Assembly: GCA_963823665.1 (NCBI GenBank)
Contig: CAWGMQ010000007.1
Coordinates: forward strand, 320,001-384,000
From: an uncultured Planctomycetota bacterium
Lineage (GTDB): Bacteria; Planctomycetota; Planctomycetia; Isosphaerales; Isosphaeraceae
Direction of reading: 5' to 3'
Length of the DNA stretch: 64,000 nucleotides
Part shown: piece after piece, positions 18,901 through 31,195 of the stretch
Layout of the letters: each line of letters starts with the position of its first letter
Position numbering within the stretch: position 1 is the stretch's first letter
Made by a program: the position numbers and the translations under genes
The notes under the pieces: generated by a model
Database searches by the model: none
The model's input: only the letters and a program-made list of their open reading frames with translations
Told to the model about the DNA's origin: nothing

Positions 18901-21900
18901 CTTTGGTGGCGGCGGCGCAGAGCTGTGGAGAACGGCGTGGGAGCTATTCCGAGGCGTGAGGCATCGCGGTCCCGATCCGACGATCGGATTACTTGACGAA
19001 CGGCTTGTTGACCTGGCGGGGGACGAGCTGACATTCGCGGAGTGGTTCGCGCGGTGGGACGCGGGTTCGCGCGCGGTGATCGTCGACCGCCTGGCGCTCT
19101 ACCGAGCTGGTTTGGGGCCGAAATCGGTATGCACTCCGAGCCGCTCGACGGCCAAGGGCGCGAGCATTTCGCTCGAGACGCTGGAGCGTCACGGGCTGGG
19201 TCTGGTGGTGCTGCCAAACGCGCTCGTGATCACGACCACGAGCGAGCGGCCGGGAATTGAAGAGCGGAATCCCTTGAGCGCCCAGGTTGCGGAAGCTCTG
19301 CTATGGGGCGCGGATCGCGGTGATCGGTTCCAGAGCGTGGCTCGATTCAGGGGCGAGTCGTCACCGAAAGCAGGCGCGCTTGCGGCCGATGAAGGAGTGG
19401 AGCGGGTGAAGCTTCTGGAAGGATGGTCCAGCCGGCGATTCACGGCGCCCGGTTGGCCGGGCGACGACGCGTATGTTTATTTGATTGACGGCCGAGCGCG
19501 GGGGGTTTCGGTGTGGTTGATCGTGTTGGTCGTGCTTGCCGGCTGGGCTCTATGCCGTCGAGTTTTCGAGAAACTGTCGCGGCGTCATCTCGGACTTGTC
19601 GTGCTCATGATCGCGAGCTTGATGCTGGGCTGGATCCTTCCCTCCCGCCATGCGGGATACGCGTGGGGGCTTTTCGGCGGCGGACTGCTGGTCCTCGTCG
19701 CGGAGCTCGGCGTGGGGCTGGGGAGGCTTCGGCAGTTGCGGCGGCGGCGGAGTGAGAGCTCGCTGGTGCGGCGCGCGGCACCGGCGGCGCTCGTCATGGT
19801 GATCCTGGGGTTGCTCGTCGTGCGGGCGGCCTCCGGTCAAGGGGGGATCGGGCCCGGTGGTGGCGGGCCAATGCTTGTTCTCTTTCCTTATGACGAAGAA
19901 AGATTCGATCCGAAGCGTCCTCCGAAAACCGCGATCATTCGACTTGTGGATTTTGAGAGGCTTTCTCGCCTGGCGGAAGTGGACGATCCAGGTCAGCAGA
20001 GCTGCGTGCGAGCCGTTTCCGCAGATCATCATATTCTACGAAAGGGAGCTCGAGAGGCGCTGGTCGAGACGGAGCTCGGCCTCGTCGCATCGGGACGCTC
20101 GCCCTGGGTCTGGCGGCTGCCGGTCTCCGGTGCTCGCGACATCGAGGCGACGCTCGACGGACGGAAGGCACCAATCTCGATCATGCCGGGAGGGCAGGTT
20201 GGGGAGCTGGCGATTCCGAGCGCGGGCCGACACGTTCTCGCGGTCCGGCGATCGTTCGCGACTCTTAGCGAGGCGGGTGTCGAATCGTTTAGCTTTCCGG
20301 TGAACCCGATCGCGGTCGCCCGGGTTGTGGTGGCGCGATCGGGACGGAGCGAAGAAACTCCGGTGCTGGCGGCGACGGGCGGGGCGGAGCTCCAATCCGA
20401 TGGGACCTTGATGAGCCGGCTGGGGCCTGTGGAAAGGGTCGACCTGCGCTGGGTCGGCGTGGGTACCGGCCCGGAGCATAAGCAAGGCGCCATGAGCGTG
20501 GACGGCCTGGTTCTCTGGGATATCGGGCCGGCGGGAGACCGGGTGCGCACGAGACTCTCCTTTCAATCGCCGCGAGCGCTTGAGTCCGTGCGACTGGCGC
20601 ACCCGGCAGGGTTGATCCTGCGCAGCGCGCGAGTGCTCGGTTCCGGGGCGTACGTGTGGTGCGAGAGCGCGGGCAAGGACGAATGGGTGCTGCAACTCGA
20701 TTCGCCGCTCGAGGTCGGCGGAACAATTGAGATCGACTGCTGGATGCCTTCCGCGATGCTGGGAACCGGAGCCGGCGGAGCCGGGCATGCGACGGCGGGG
20801 CTTTGCGTACTGGCGGCTGTTCAGCCGATCGGTGCGGAGCGCTACAGCGGCTCGCTGGGGGTTCGCAAACCCGGCGACTGGACGGGTCGTCTCGAAGCGA
20901 TCGAGGGAGCCGAGCCGATCACGGAAGAGTCGTTCGTGAAGGCGTGGGGGAGCCTTCCGGAAGATGCGCTTACGCTTTCCGGCACGAGGCGGTTCGTGCG
21001 CGAGTGCCGCGCGTCGCTGGCGACCGGACCGGCACCGCCAAGGCTTTCGGTCAAGCCGACGATGCAGCTCGAGTTCGAGCCGGGCAGAGTGGTCATGACC
21101 GTGGATGCCGAGCTTGCGGAGCCATCAGGCCGGTTCGGACAAATCGAGGCGAAGATTCCGGCTGGTCTCAAGATCTTCGAGGTGAATGCCGTGGGACTTG
21201 AGAGCTGGAGTACGACTGCCGATGGCCGGATTCGGGTGATGTTCAATGGTTTCTCCGGGTCGCCTAACCGGCGGTTACGGCTGGCGGGCTCGATTGCTGT
21301 GAGCGAGAATCCGCTTGAAATTGGGTCGCGTCCGCATCGAATCGCCGTGCCGTGGATCGAATGGCTGGACATGGAGACGCTGGCGGGCTTTCTGGTGGCC
21401 TCGTCGACTTCGAAGCTGGAGATGCAGGGGGAATCGGGTGTGACACTGATTGCTTCGGAATCTTCGAGTGCGGGAGTGGCGACTTCACCGCGAACTCGTC
21501 TGACATACCGCGTCGATCTTCCGCGACAGCTTGGCAAGATTTCGTGGCTGCCGACGCCGGCGCGGGTGAGCGTGCTCGTCGACAGCCAGATGACGATTCA
21601 TCCCGATTCGGCCGAATGGGTAGCGGTGCTTCGGTACGACGTGGTCGGGGCGCTCTGAGCGCGATTCACCTGAGGATGCCGGCATCTTGGTCGGCGGCGG
21701 CGGCCCTTCATTTCCCGGGGGGTGGCCACCAATTGACGACGGAGACGCGCGGCCAGACCGCGGTCTGGACGATCACGCCGGAACGACCGGTTTGGGGTTC
21801 GCAGAGGCTCGTGCTGCGGTCCAGTCGTGCGCTCCCGGCGGACCGGGAGCTGCCATTTCCGGAAATTACTCCGCTAGGGCGCGGAGCCGTCGATGCCTGC

Positions 21901-23196
21901 CTGGCCGTGTTGAACGGCACCGAAGGGGCGGTTCTGCTCGAAAATCCTGTCGGGCTGGAACGGATCGAGTATTCCTCGCGATTTCAAGCCCGGGAGTTCG
22001 CCGCGGCGAGCGGGGCGCCCCTGGGTGCGTTTCGGGTGGTGAAAGAGGCGCCGAGTCTCAAGGTGCAACTTCCCCGCGACGGTGCGGCCGCGGGCGATTC
22101 GCCTGACGGCTCGGCGCGGGTGGGTTTTGCCGATGTCTCCGTGGTCGTCATGCCGGACGGCTCGAGCCTGGGGCAGGGCATATACGAGGTGCCGGACAGC
22201 GGGTCTTTTCTCTCGTACGAGCTTCCCGCTGACAGCACGCTCGTCTGGGCGACCGTCGACTCGAACCCGGAGATACCGCTACGGTCGAGCTCGGGTAGAT
22301 GGTCGATCCCGCTCTCAGAGAGCCGGCAGCCCCACGTCAGTCTGATCTGGCGGACGGGCGCGAATGATCGGCGATCGACAGGGTCGACGTGGCCGCTCGT
22401 GCTTCCCAGGGTGGGACAGGGAATGACGACGAACCTGGTAACTCTCTACATGCCGGCTGAGTATACGCTGGGACGGGAGATCGGGGAGCTTCGACCGACG
22501 TCGATGGCGCGGCTGGAGATGGCCCGAGCCGACTGGCTGCTCCGGAGCGTCAACGACTTTGTTCCGAGGATCGATCGCGGCTCCAATCGCGATCACCAGA
22601 AACTGGTATCGATGCTGATCGGCCATGAGATGCGGCTCCGGAGTGTCTCGAGGAGCGATCGGCTGACGGTTGCTGCTGGGGACGCCTCGAACAACCGGAC
22701 GGGGGCGACCTCAAGTTGGGTCGAAGCCGCGCGGGCCCGCCGGGCGGAGGCCGTTGGGAGGGGCAACCTGGAGCAGGACCTTGCGATCGCGAATCGATAT
22801 CTGGGAGCTAGCTCGACGAGCGAGGTGCAGATTTCGCCGACGGTTCCGGAGCCGAATGCGCCCGAGCGCATCCGTACGCTCGGGCGGCCGATTTCGCTGA
22901 TGGGAGTTCTGCCGGGAGTGGATGTTCCGCCTACGAAGCTGTCGCTGGTGGCGGAGAGCGGCCTCTGGACGGCGAACGCGAATGAGCCGGCGAGTCGAAT
23001 GATCATCGCGCTTGTGTTGCTCATGGTAATCGGGCTCTTGACGATGGGCTGGCGCCCGGGCGTGCGAACGGGTATGCTGGCGCTGTTCTTGGTCCTGGGT
23101 CTGGCGTGCTTACTGGGAGGGCCGCTCGAGGTGGCGGTTGCGCTAGGCCTGGCGCTCCTGGGTTTCAGGAAAGGACGGCTCGGGAGCTTCGCGTGA
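15953..23196 (+). CDS. Giant multi-domain membrane protein (~2400 aa), frameshift near 21650
   Basis: Signal peptide (VVLGLLCVASGRATA); TM bundle near 19500-19830; C-terminal TMs; adding one G to gtggtcgggg(g)cgctctg gives VVGGALSAIHLRMP and joins ORF 21352..23196. Confidence 0.78.
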
Positions 23197-23305
23197 AGGC
23201 GGCCTTGCTCCCGAGCGCGTGTGTCGTTAGATTCCATGGTCCCTCGCGTGGCGACGAATGAAGGAAGTGATCGTGCAAGCGGTCGAGCCAGACGGCTCGG
23301 GTCGC

Positions 23306-23376
<71 letters not shown>

Positions 23377-23478
23377 TGTTGACGGAGTGAACTTAGACAT
23401 GAAACGCGAGGATCGTACCGGCTTCTTTGCAGTGTGTGCTTGACGGCGACCGTAGCGGCTCCTTGAGCGCGATCCACG

Positions 23479-25858
23479 ATGCAGCGGCTGATTCGAGTTT
23501 CGCTAGCTGGGATGTTTTGTGTCGGCGTGGCGGCGTGTGTCGTGATCTGGCTCGCGGGTCTGTTCCCGCCGATGTGGACGGGGGCAGGGGAGTTGCGCCC
23601 TCGCGGACTCGGGGCGGACGGTGCGCAGGGCGCCCCCAAGGGCGAAGATTCGGCTGGCGAGGATCGGCGAAAAGCGAGGAAGTTCGAGCTGATCCTCGAA
23701 AAGTTCGAGGACGGAGGCTACGAAACCGTCGTTCGGTTCATGGCACCTATCAAAGACCTGGGATCGCTTGGAGAGCTGCGAGCGGCCATTGGTGGCCGCG
23801 GGCCGCGTGCTTTAGCTGCGCTTGAAGCGGAATATGCGCTCTTCAAGCTCGAATCGGAGCCCAGTGCCGAACAGGTGCAGAAGAAGCTGCGCCTCGAGCA
23901 ATCAATCGGGTTTGTGCACATGTATGAGGGGCGTTTTCGCGATGCGGGCGCGTGGCTCGAAAAGGCTCTCGAGACGGGCCGATCTGCGCTGGTGCCGGCG
24001 AAGACTCGGAGCCGGCTGATGGCGGTCCTGGGAATCGTAGCCATGCGTCGGGGCGAGATCGAGAACTGCCTGGAGTGCGCCGGGCCCTCGAGCTGCATCT
24101 TTCCGATCGCGAAGGAGGCCCAGCATCAAAACCCCGCTGGCTCGCGCGAGGCCATCAAATGGTTCACGGCCTACCTCGAGGAATCTCCGCGGGATCTGCG
24201 CATCATCTGGCTCTTGAACATCGCCTACATGACGCTTGGCGAGCATCCCGAGAAAGTGCCGCCGCAATACCTGATCCCGACAGAGGTGTTTCGCTCGAAC
24301 GCGGTGATTGCTCCGTTTGCGAATGTCGCGCTTCGAGCCGGGATCGGTGTGCGCGGCCCGAATCTGGCAGGTGGGAGTATCTTCGACGACCTGAACGGCG
24401 ACAACCTGCCGGACCTTTTCACGACATCGCTTGATGCGGACCTGGGTGCGACTCTGCTCATCAACCGTGGTGACGGCCGGTTCGAAGACCGGTCAAGCGC
24501 CGCTGGGCTCGTCGATCAAGTGTATGCGCTCAACGTCACACGAGCCGATTTCGACAACGATGGTGATCTCGATGTTCTGCTCTTGCGCGGGGGCTGGGAG
24601 AAGCCGCTGCGCATGTCGCTTTTGCGCAACGACGGCGGACGTTTCGCCGACGTGACGGTCGCAAGCGGCCTCGCGGAGCCGATCGCGTCGGAATCGGCCG
24701 CCTGGGGTGATTACGACAACGACGGATATGCGGATGTCTTCGTTTGTGGTGAGTATCTTCCGCCGGGCGGTGCGCCGTCGCAGGGGCAGGGCGATCCCCG
24801 CAATCGCAGCAGGCTGTATCGCAATCAGGGGAATGGGACGTTCAAGGATGTCGCGGAGGCGGCGGGAGTCACCGACCTGAGATGCGCCAAGGGATCGGCC
24901 TGGGGAGATTACGACGACGACGGCCGGATCGATCTGTTCGTGTCGAACATGGGCCAGCCGTGCCGGTTGTACCACAATGAAGGCGACGGCAAGTTCAAGG
25001 ACGTCGCGCCTGATCTCGGCGTGACCGGGCCCGACTTCAGCTTTGCGTGCTGGTTCTGGGATTTCGACAACGACGGTCGGCTCGACCTCTACGTCAACGA
25101 TTACCGCGCTCGCGTGGCCGAGGTGCTCGCAAGTGCGATGGGCGTGAAGCTTCAAGGATCGAGCCGGCCGCGTCTCTACCGCAACCTGGGAGCCGACGGT
25201 TTCCGCGATGTCTCGGAGGAAGTTGGTCTCGACAGGGCGATGGCACCGATGGGCGCGAATTTCGGCGACATCGACAACGACGGTTACCTGGACATCTACC
25301 TGGGGACCGGCGACATGTCCTACGAGGGGCTGGATGTAAACCTCTTATTCAAAAACGTCGATGGATATAAATTCGCCGATGTGACTATGAGCTCGATTCA
25401 CCGGCCACCTGCAGAAGGGGCACGGAGTTTCGTTCGCCGATTGGGACGGTGACGGCGATCTCGACCTGTTTGTCGAGCTGGGCGGTGCGACCCCAGGCGA
25501 TCGGGGTTTCAACGCCCTGTTCGAGAATCACCTCGAGGGAAGGAACTGGCTCAAGCTGAAGCTGACCGGCACCAAGACGAACCGAGCCGCCCTGGGCGCG
25601 AAGCTCCGGGTTGACCTCAAGTCGGCGGACGGCACATCGCGGTCGATTCACCGAACGATCGGCAACAATTCCAGCTTTGGCGGCAACTGTCTGGTTGAGA
25701 CGATCGGGCTGCTCGACGCGAAGCGCGTAGACGAGCTCGTCGTGCGGTGGCCCACGAGCGGGACGACCCAGACATTCCGCGAAATCCCGGCTGGTCAGAT
25801 GATCGAGATCGTAGAGGGCTCTTCCGCGTTCAAGGTGCTTTCGCCGGCGGGGCGGTGA
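23479..25858 (+). CDS. CRTAC1-family protein (TPR-like + FG-GAP repeats + ASPIC/UnbV), frameshift near 25395
   Basis: Multiple DxDNDGxxDL repeats; after the shift reads TGHLQKGHGVSFADWDGDGDLDLF...NWLKLKLTGTKTNRAALGAKL...WPTSG to TGA at 25856-25858. Confidence 0.88.
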
Positions 25859-25877
25859 CGCGAGTGCGGGGCAAAGA

Positions 25878-27539
25878 GTGATCGAGGGCATGCGGGTCTT
25901 CTTGACGGGGTCCGGGAGGTCTCGAACGACGGTGGTCACGGCGACGACCGGCGTCGTGCTTGCGCTCGTCGGTCTTGCGGGATGGCTATGGTGTTCGGCG
26001 AAGACCGACACGTCATTTTCCAGGTCGAGGGTATCGCGGCTCGTTCGTGCGAACGTTCGGCTCGCGCCGGGGCTGTACATGCTGGGTGATCTGGCGCCGT
26101 CGGCCGTGTACATCATCGAAAGCTCGGATGGCCTGATCCTGGTCGACTCCGGGCTCGATTCGGAAGCAGCGCCGCTGAAGGCTGAAATGACGAAGCTCGG
26201 GCTCGACTGGAAGCGGGTGCGCGCCATTCTGCTCACGCACTCGCACGGCGATCACACAGGGGGAGCCCAAGCTTTGCGGCTTGCGACCGGAGCCAAGGTT
26301 TACGCCGGGGAAGGGGATGTTGCGGTGCTTGCGGCAGGGGGGCCGCGCGAGGCGGTTTTCAGCACGTTCTACATGCCCGACTATAAGCCACACGCGACCA
26401 GTGTGGATGTCGCGCTCAAGGGAGATGAGACGATCGCGTTGGGGGACGTGCACATTCGAGCAATCGCCGCGAAAGGCCACACGCCGGGAAGCATGTGTTA
26501 TGTGCTGGAGCGGAAAGACTTCCATGCATTGTTCGCGGGAGACGTGATCATGATGTTGCGGGGTGACGTGCCGCCTCGCACGGAGCTGGGCAAGCCGCTG
26601 GGCACGTATTCTGTCTATCTGTCGAGCCGCTATCGAGGTAACGCCAAGGATTACCTTGATACACTTCGCCGTTTAAGGCAGATGCCGGTTCCCGACCTTG
26701 TACTGCCCGGGCATCCGCGTGCGGATGTTTCTCCGGAGAGCCCATGCCTGAGTCAGGAGCGATGGGAATCGTTGCTCGATCGAGGGATTGGCGACGTGGA
26801 AACCGTTCTCTCGAGGTACACAGCCGACGGCGCCGACTTCCTCGATGGCGTACCGAAGGCTCTTCTGCCGGACTTGTACTATCTCGGTAACTTCCGAGGG
26901 TGGGCAGTCTATGCGTTCTTTGCGTCATCAAAGTGCTTCCTGGTCGATGCACCGGGTGGCCCGGGCCTGCTCGAGTTTGTGAGGACGGGGCTGCGGCGGC
27001 TGGGCCGTGAGCCGACGGACCCAGCGGCCGTATTGCTCACGTCTTGCGGCAGGTCGGCGACGGCCGGGCTCAACGAGCTTGTCGAACAATGCCGCGCCGC
27101 GGTGGTGGCATCATACGACGGGGTGGAGCGTCTCAGGGAGTCGTTCCCGCCGGGGACGACGATCATTCCGGCGGAGGAGTTGCCGGCCAAGGGATGGTTC
27201 CCGGTCGTGTCGATTCCACTTCGCGGCATCGGGTTTGCACCGGCAGCTTATGAGCTTCGCTGGTCGGAAAAGACGGTGCTCTTTACCGGGAGGATTCCGC
27301 TGCTCGTGACGCAGGAGACAGGGCAAAGATTGATCGGCGACCTGACGACTTCAGGCGGAGATGTTCGCGGCTATTCGGCGTCGATCGATGACTTGCGGAC
27401 GCGGAAGCCGGATCTCTGGCTGCCTGCGATTCCCGTGAACGATCAGAATGCAAATCTGTACGACTTCGACTGGCAACGCGTGATGGAAGACAATACCTTG
27501 CTTGTTAATGTAATTCTATCTTCCGACAGGAAACGATGA
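25878..27539 (+). CDS. Membrane-anchored metallo-beta-lactamase-fold hydrolase with a second degenerate MBL domain
   Basis: LVDSG, THSHGDH, GHTPG, FAGD, PGHP motifs; C-terminal half has LVDAPG and LLTSCGRSATAG in place of HxHxDH. Confidence 0.85.
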   Translation: MIEGMRVFLTGSGRSRTTVVTATTGVVLALVGLAGWLWCSAKTDTSFSRSRVSRLVRANVRLAPGLYMLGDLAPSAVYIIESSDGLILVDSGLDSEAAPLKAEMTKLGLDWKRVRAILLTHSHGDHTGGAQALRLATGAKVYAGEGDVAVLAAGGPREAVFSTFYMPDYKPHATSVDVALKGDETIALGDVHIRAIAAKGHTPGSMCYVLERKDFHALFAGDVIMMLRGDVPPRTELGKPLGTYSVYLSSRYRGNAKDYLDTLRRLRQMPVPDLVLPGHPRADVSPESPCLSQERWESLLDRGIGDVETVLSRYTADGADFLDGVPKALLPDLYYLGNFRGWAVYAFFASSKCFLVDAPGGPGLLEFVRTGLRRLGREPTDPAAVLLTSCGRSATAGLNELVEQCRAAVVASYDGVERLRESFPPGTTIIPAEELPAKGWFPVVSIPLRGIGFAPAAYELRWSEKTVLFTGRIPLLVTQETGQRLIGDLTTSGGDVRGYSASIDDLRTRKPDLWLPAIPVNDQNANLYDFDWQRVMEDNTLLVNVILSSDRKR

Positions 27540-27560
27540 ATATCGTGCCTGGCGGCTGCG

Positions 27561-29945
27561 CTAGCGATCGGATGTTCGCGCGACGAATGCGGGCTGCTTG
27601 AGCACCTTGAACGATGCTTCGCCTTCGGTGATCTCGATTGATTGACCGGCGGCGACGTTCTCGAAGGTTTGCTGTGCGTGGCTCGTTGGCCAGGTAACCG
27701 TGAGGCGCGCGATCGACCTGGCGTCACCGAGACCGATCAACTGGACGGTGGTGTTGCCGCCGAAGCTGCCGTTATTGCCGACGGTGCGATAGACCGAGCG
27801 TTTTGCTCCGTCGGGCGCGGTGAATTCGGCGTGGAGCTTGGCGCCCAAGGCCGATCGATTGGATTTGGTGCCGACGAGCTTGATTTTCAACCACTGGCGG
27901 TGATGGCCCGGGTTCTGGAAGAGCGCGTTGTACGACTGGTCGCCGGGATAGGCCCCGCCCAGGACGACGAAGAGATCGAGGTCGCCGTCGCAGTTCCAGT
28001 CGGCGAAGGAGACGCCGTGTCCTTTCTGGAGGTGAGACGTTCGGGATGACTGGGAGATGTCCTCGAAGCGGCGGCCGTCGATGTTCTTGAGCATGACGGC
28101 GGGCAAGAGGCCGGAGTAGGCCATGGTCCCGGTGCCGAAATAGACGTCGAGGAATCCGTCGTTGTCGATGTCGCCGAAGTTGGCGCCCATGGCCATGATG
28201 GGTGAATCGAGGCCTACTTCGAGGCTGACATCGGCGAAGCCCTTCTTGCCGAGATTTCGGTAAAGTCGAGGATGCGCAAGATCCTTTTTCTTGAAGCCGA
28301 GATGATGGGCGACGACGGCGGCTGAGACGCCGAAGTAGTCGTTGACGAACAGGTCGAGCCGGCCGTCGTTGTCGAAATCCCAGAACCAGGTCGAGAATGA
28401 ATTGCGGTGGCTGGGACCGACGAGTCCGAGATCGGGGGCGACGTCTTTGAAAGTGCCGTTTCCTTCGTTGTGGTAGAGCCGGCAGTCGCCATCGTAGACC
28501 GAGACGAAGAGGTCGAGCAGGCCGTCGTCGTCGTAATCGCCCCAGGCCGAGCCTTTGGCCATCTGCCTGATCACAATTCCCGCCGATTCCGCGACGTTTT
28601 TGAATGTGCCGTTGCCCTCGTTGTGGTAGAGGCGGCTCAAGTCGATCTGGTCCGGTTTGTCGCGAAGGAATTCGCCGCATATGAAGAGGTCGAGTCTGCC
28701 GTCATTGTCGTAGTCGCCCCACGCGGCCGATTCGGAGGCGATGGGGTCACCGAGCCCGCTTGAGATGGTCACGTCTTCGAAGACGCCAGTGCCTTTGTTT
28801 CGGAGGAGCGAGAGCCGGGCGCGACCAACCCACGCCCCGCGCAGCAGCACCACGTCGGAGTCACCGTCGTTGTCAAAGTCGCCCTGAGCGAGGTTAAGGA
28901 CGTAGATTTGCGGAATGAGCCCGGCCGTGGTGGATCGATCTTCAAATGAACCGTCACCGCGGTTGACGAACAGCGAGGCTCCGAGGTCGGCGTCAATGGC
29001 CGTTGTGAGCAGATCGGGCAAGCCGTCGCCGGTGAAGTCGTCGAAGATACTGCCGCCGGCCATGTTCGGGCCCCTGGCACACAGGCCGACTCTTAGCGAC
29101 ACGTTTTCGAATTGCCCGACATCGAGCTTGGAGGCGAATGCGTCGCGTGGAATCAAGTAGGCGGGGGGCACCTTTGCGGGATACTCTCCAAGCGTCATGT
29201 AGGCGATGTTCAGCAGCCAGCGCACGCGCAAGTCGCCGGGCGCCCATTCGAGGTAGCTGGAGAAGTGCTTGATCGCATCGCGAGAGCCGATCTTTTGGCG
29301 ATGAACGGCTGCGGCATCGAGCGGGTAGATGCAGCTTGATGGCCCCATGCAGTCGATACAATTCTCGGTTTCGCCGCGCCGCAGCGCGGCGATTCCGAGG
29401 AGGGCGTGGAATGTCGCCACGAGGTCCGGCGAGATCTGCGGGCGGCGACAGAGCGAGAGCCCCTGTTCAAGCCATTCGTTGGCCTCTGCGAATTTTCCTT
29501 CGAACATATAAAGCAAGCCAATCGCGCGGGCCAACAGGATTGCCTTGCTAACTTGTTGAAGGGTCGCGTTCGAGTCGATCTTGAGACGCTCATACTGGGC
29601 GCGCAGGTCTGCGATGCCGCGACGCCCCATGCCCTTCTGGGATTCACGCAATTCATCGAGTGAACTGTGGTCGTGGACTTTCCCCATGTAGGCGATGGCC
29701 GTCGAACCGATCCCATAGTCAAGATCGCTGCGCTCCACGTAAATCCGCGCGTTCGTTCCGGGCGCATTCGGGTCCGGAAACGCATCCGGGAGAGCGCTCG
29801 CGTCTTGTTGCGGCGCTGGTGCCGTCTGAGGCGGGGCGACAGGCGCGGACTTCCAGACATCAAAGCCCACGAGCCAGGCTGCCGCACCGGCAGCGATTGC
29901 CAGACAGCAAATCGCGACGCCCAGAACCTGGAATGGTGCCCGCAC
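27561..29945 (-). CDS. Second CRTAC1-family protein (TPR-like + FG-GAP + ASPIC/UnbV)
   Basis: Same architecture and motifs as 23479..25858; probable GTG start at 29945 after a GGAGAG SD (ORF extends to 30050). Confidence 0.9.
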   Translation of the reverse strand: MRAPFQVLGVAICCLAIAAGAAAWLVGFDVWKSAPVAPPQTAPAPQQDASALPDAFPDPNAPGTNARIYVERSDLDYGIGSTAIAYMGKVHDHSSLDELRESQKGMGRRGIADLRAQYERLKIDSNATLQQVSKAILLARAIGLLYMFEGKFAEANEWLEQGLSLCRRPQISPDLVATFHALLGIAALRRGETENCIDCMGPSSCIYPLDAAAVHRQKIGSRDAIKHFSSYLEWAPGDLRVRWLLNIAYMTLGEYPAKVPPAYLIPRDAFASKLDVGQFENVSLRVGLCARGPNMAGGSIFDDFTGDGLPDLLTTAIDADLGASLFVNRGDGSFEDRSTTAGLIPQIYVLNLAQGDFDNDGDSDVVLLRGAWVGRARLSLLRNKGTGVFEDVTISSGLGDPIASESAAWGDYDNDGRLDLFICGEFLRDKPDQIDLSRLYHNEGNGTFKNVAESAGIVIRQMAKGSAWGDYDDDGLLDLFVSVYDGDCRLYHNEGNGTFKDVAPDLGLVGPSHRNSFSTWFWDFDNDGRLDLFVNDYFGVSAAVVAHHLGFKKKDLAHPRLYRNLGKKGFADVSLEVGLDSPIMAMGANFGDIDNDGFLDVYFGTGTMAYSGLLPAVMLKNIDGRRFEDISQSSRTSHLQKGHGVSFADWNCDGDLDLFVVLGGAYPGDQSYNALFQNPGHHRQWLKIKLVGTKSNRSALGAKLHAEFTAPDGAKRSVYRTVGNNGSFGGNTTVQLIGLGDARSIARLTVTWPTSHAQQTFENVAAGQSIEITEGEASFKVLKQPAFVARTSDR

Positions 29946-30430
29946 CTGACTCTCTCCGTCGCGGTCGCTGTTGTGATGCCGAAAACTCAACCGAACAGAC
30001 GGACTGAATTGATCATGAGGCGCCGAACTCGAGGCGCACCAAGACCGCACTCGCCAGGTGCGACTTCTGTAAAGTAATCTTAAGTAATCGCAGCGCGAAC
30101 CTTCTCTGAGATCCTTAGGAGTCTTGGCGTCAAACTCGCTTCGACTGGACCAAGAATCTCAGTTGGAAACGTGAAAACGGCAAGCCGGAGGGCTTTTTCT
30201 CACGATGGGCCTCAAGACGGCGCGTTTATGTAAGCCAGCGCGGCGGCTCCGGCCGCATTAATTGGCCAACGTTGGAGCGTCGTTGATTAATGAATGGTTC
30301 GCCGGCTTGAATAACGCTTCGGCGATTGCGCGGAGAAGAGTGATTATCGAGCCTCGGTCGAGGATCTGTTCCGGCGCGAGATGATCGGCCGTTTCGCGAG
30401 CGTAACGGCCTTCCGCATCAGGAGGCGAGA

Positions 30431-31195
30431 TTACGCGAGCGGGAGCTCGAAATCAGGACTCTGCACGTGGCGAATGTATCCTTCCGCATTCCGGTGTCCG
30501 CTCTCGATCCCTCGAAGCCGCGTGATTTGCTCCTGCAAACCATAATACCGGTCGGGCGACTGGCTTGCATGTGCATAGCACGCCCGCCGTTTACGCGGCT
30601 CGGTCTTGGAAATGTCGACATAATGCGTGGGCGCGAACTGGACAGTGTCCTCGCCGTTTGAGACTTCATAATAGTAGAACGCGAATCTCTTCTTCAACTT
30701 GAGCCACGCGTCGTACGCCAGCATCGAGATCGCGCGATGGTCTGCGTGATTGTCGATCGGCCAGTGAGTGAAAACGGCGTCGGGGTTCTCTGCCTCGATG
30801 ATCTTGCGGAACGCCTCGTAATGAGACGTGTCGACGATCGCCTGGCTGTTGAACTGTCCGGCATACAGCGGTTTCGCGCCGAGAATCTCGCACGCGTTCC
30901 TGGCTTCCGCTACCCGCGAGGCTCCCTCATCCTTGGGTGGCCACTCTCCGCGATTCAAGTAGAGGAGGGTTACTTCGTGGCCGAGGTCGCTGTAGCGGGC
31001 GATCGTGCCGCCACAGCCGTATTCGGGATCGCCCGGATGGCCACCTGTCACGATGATCTTCCGCCTGCGCTTCGGCTCTTTCACAGTGCCATCCGTCTGG
31101 ACCTGACGCGATGCGGAAAGCGCAGCGGAGATGGCTGCAGCACCTCCGAGCCCGCCAGCCTGCCCGAGCCACGTTCGCCGAGAAAATGGATTCAT
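30431..31195 (-). CDS. PIG-L/LmbE family deacetylase with Tat signal
   Basis: SRRTWL twin-arginine leader; GGHPGDPEYGCGG and DNHADH motifs. Confidence 0.9.
   Translation of the reverse strand: MNPFSRRTWLGQAGGLGGAAAISAALSASRQVQTDGTVKEPKRRRKIIVTGGHPGDPEYGCGGTIARYSDLGHEVTLLYLNRGEWPPKDEGASRVAEARNACEILGAKPLYAGQFNSQAIVDTSHYEAFRKIIEAENPDAVFTHWPIDNHADHRAISMLAYDAWLKLKKRFAFYYYEVSNGEDTVQFAPTHYVDISKTEPRKRRACYAHASQSPDRYYGLQEQITRLRGIESGHRNAEGYIRHVQSPDFELPLA

Noticed and set aside
21640..21660. Programmed ribosomal frameshift in the giant gene
   Set aside because: No X XXY YYZ slippery heptamer seen; a single missing G in a homopolymer explains it, like many other sites
23479..29945. Enediyne biosynthetic cluster suggested by UnbV-like domains
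   Set aside because: No PKS, thioesterase or UnbU-like genes in the window; ASPIC/UnbV proteins are common in planctomycetes
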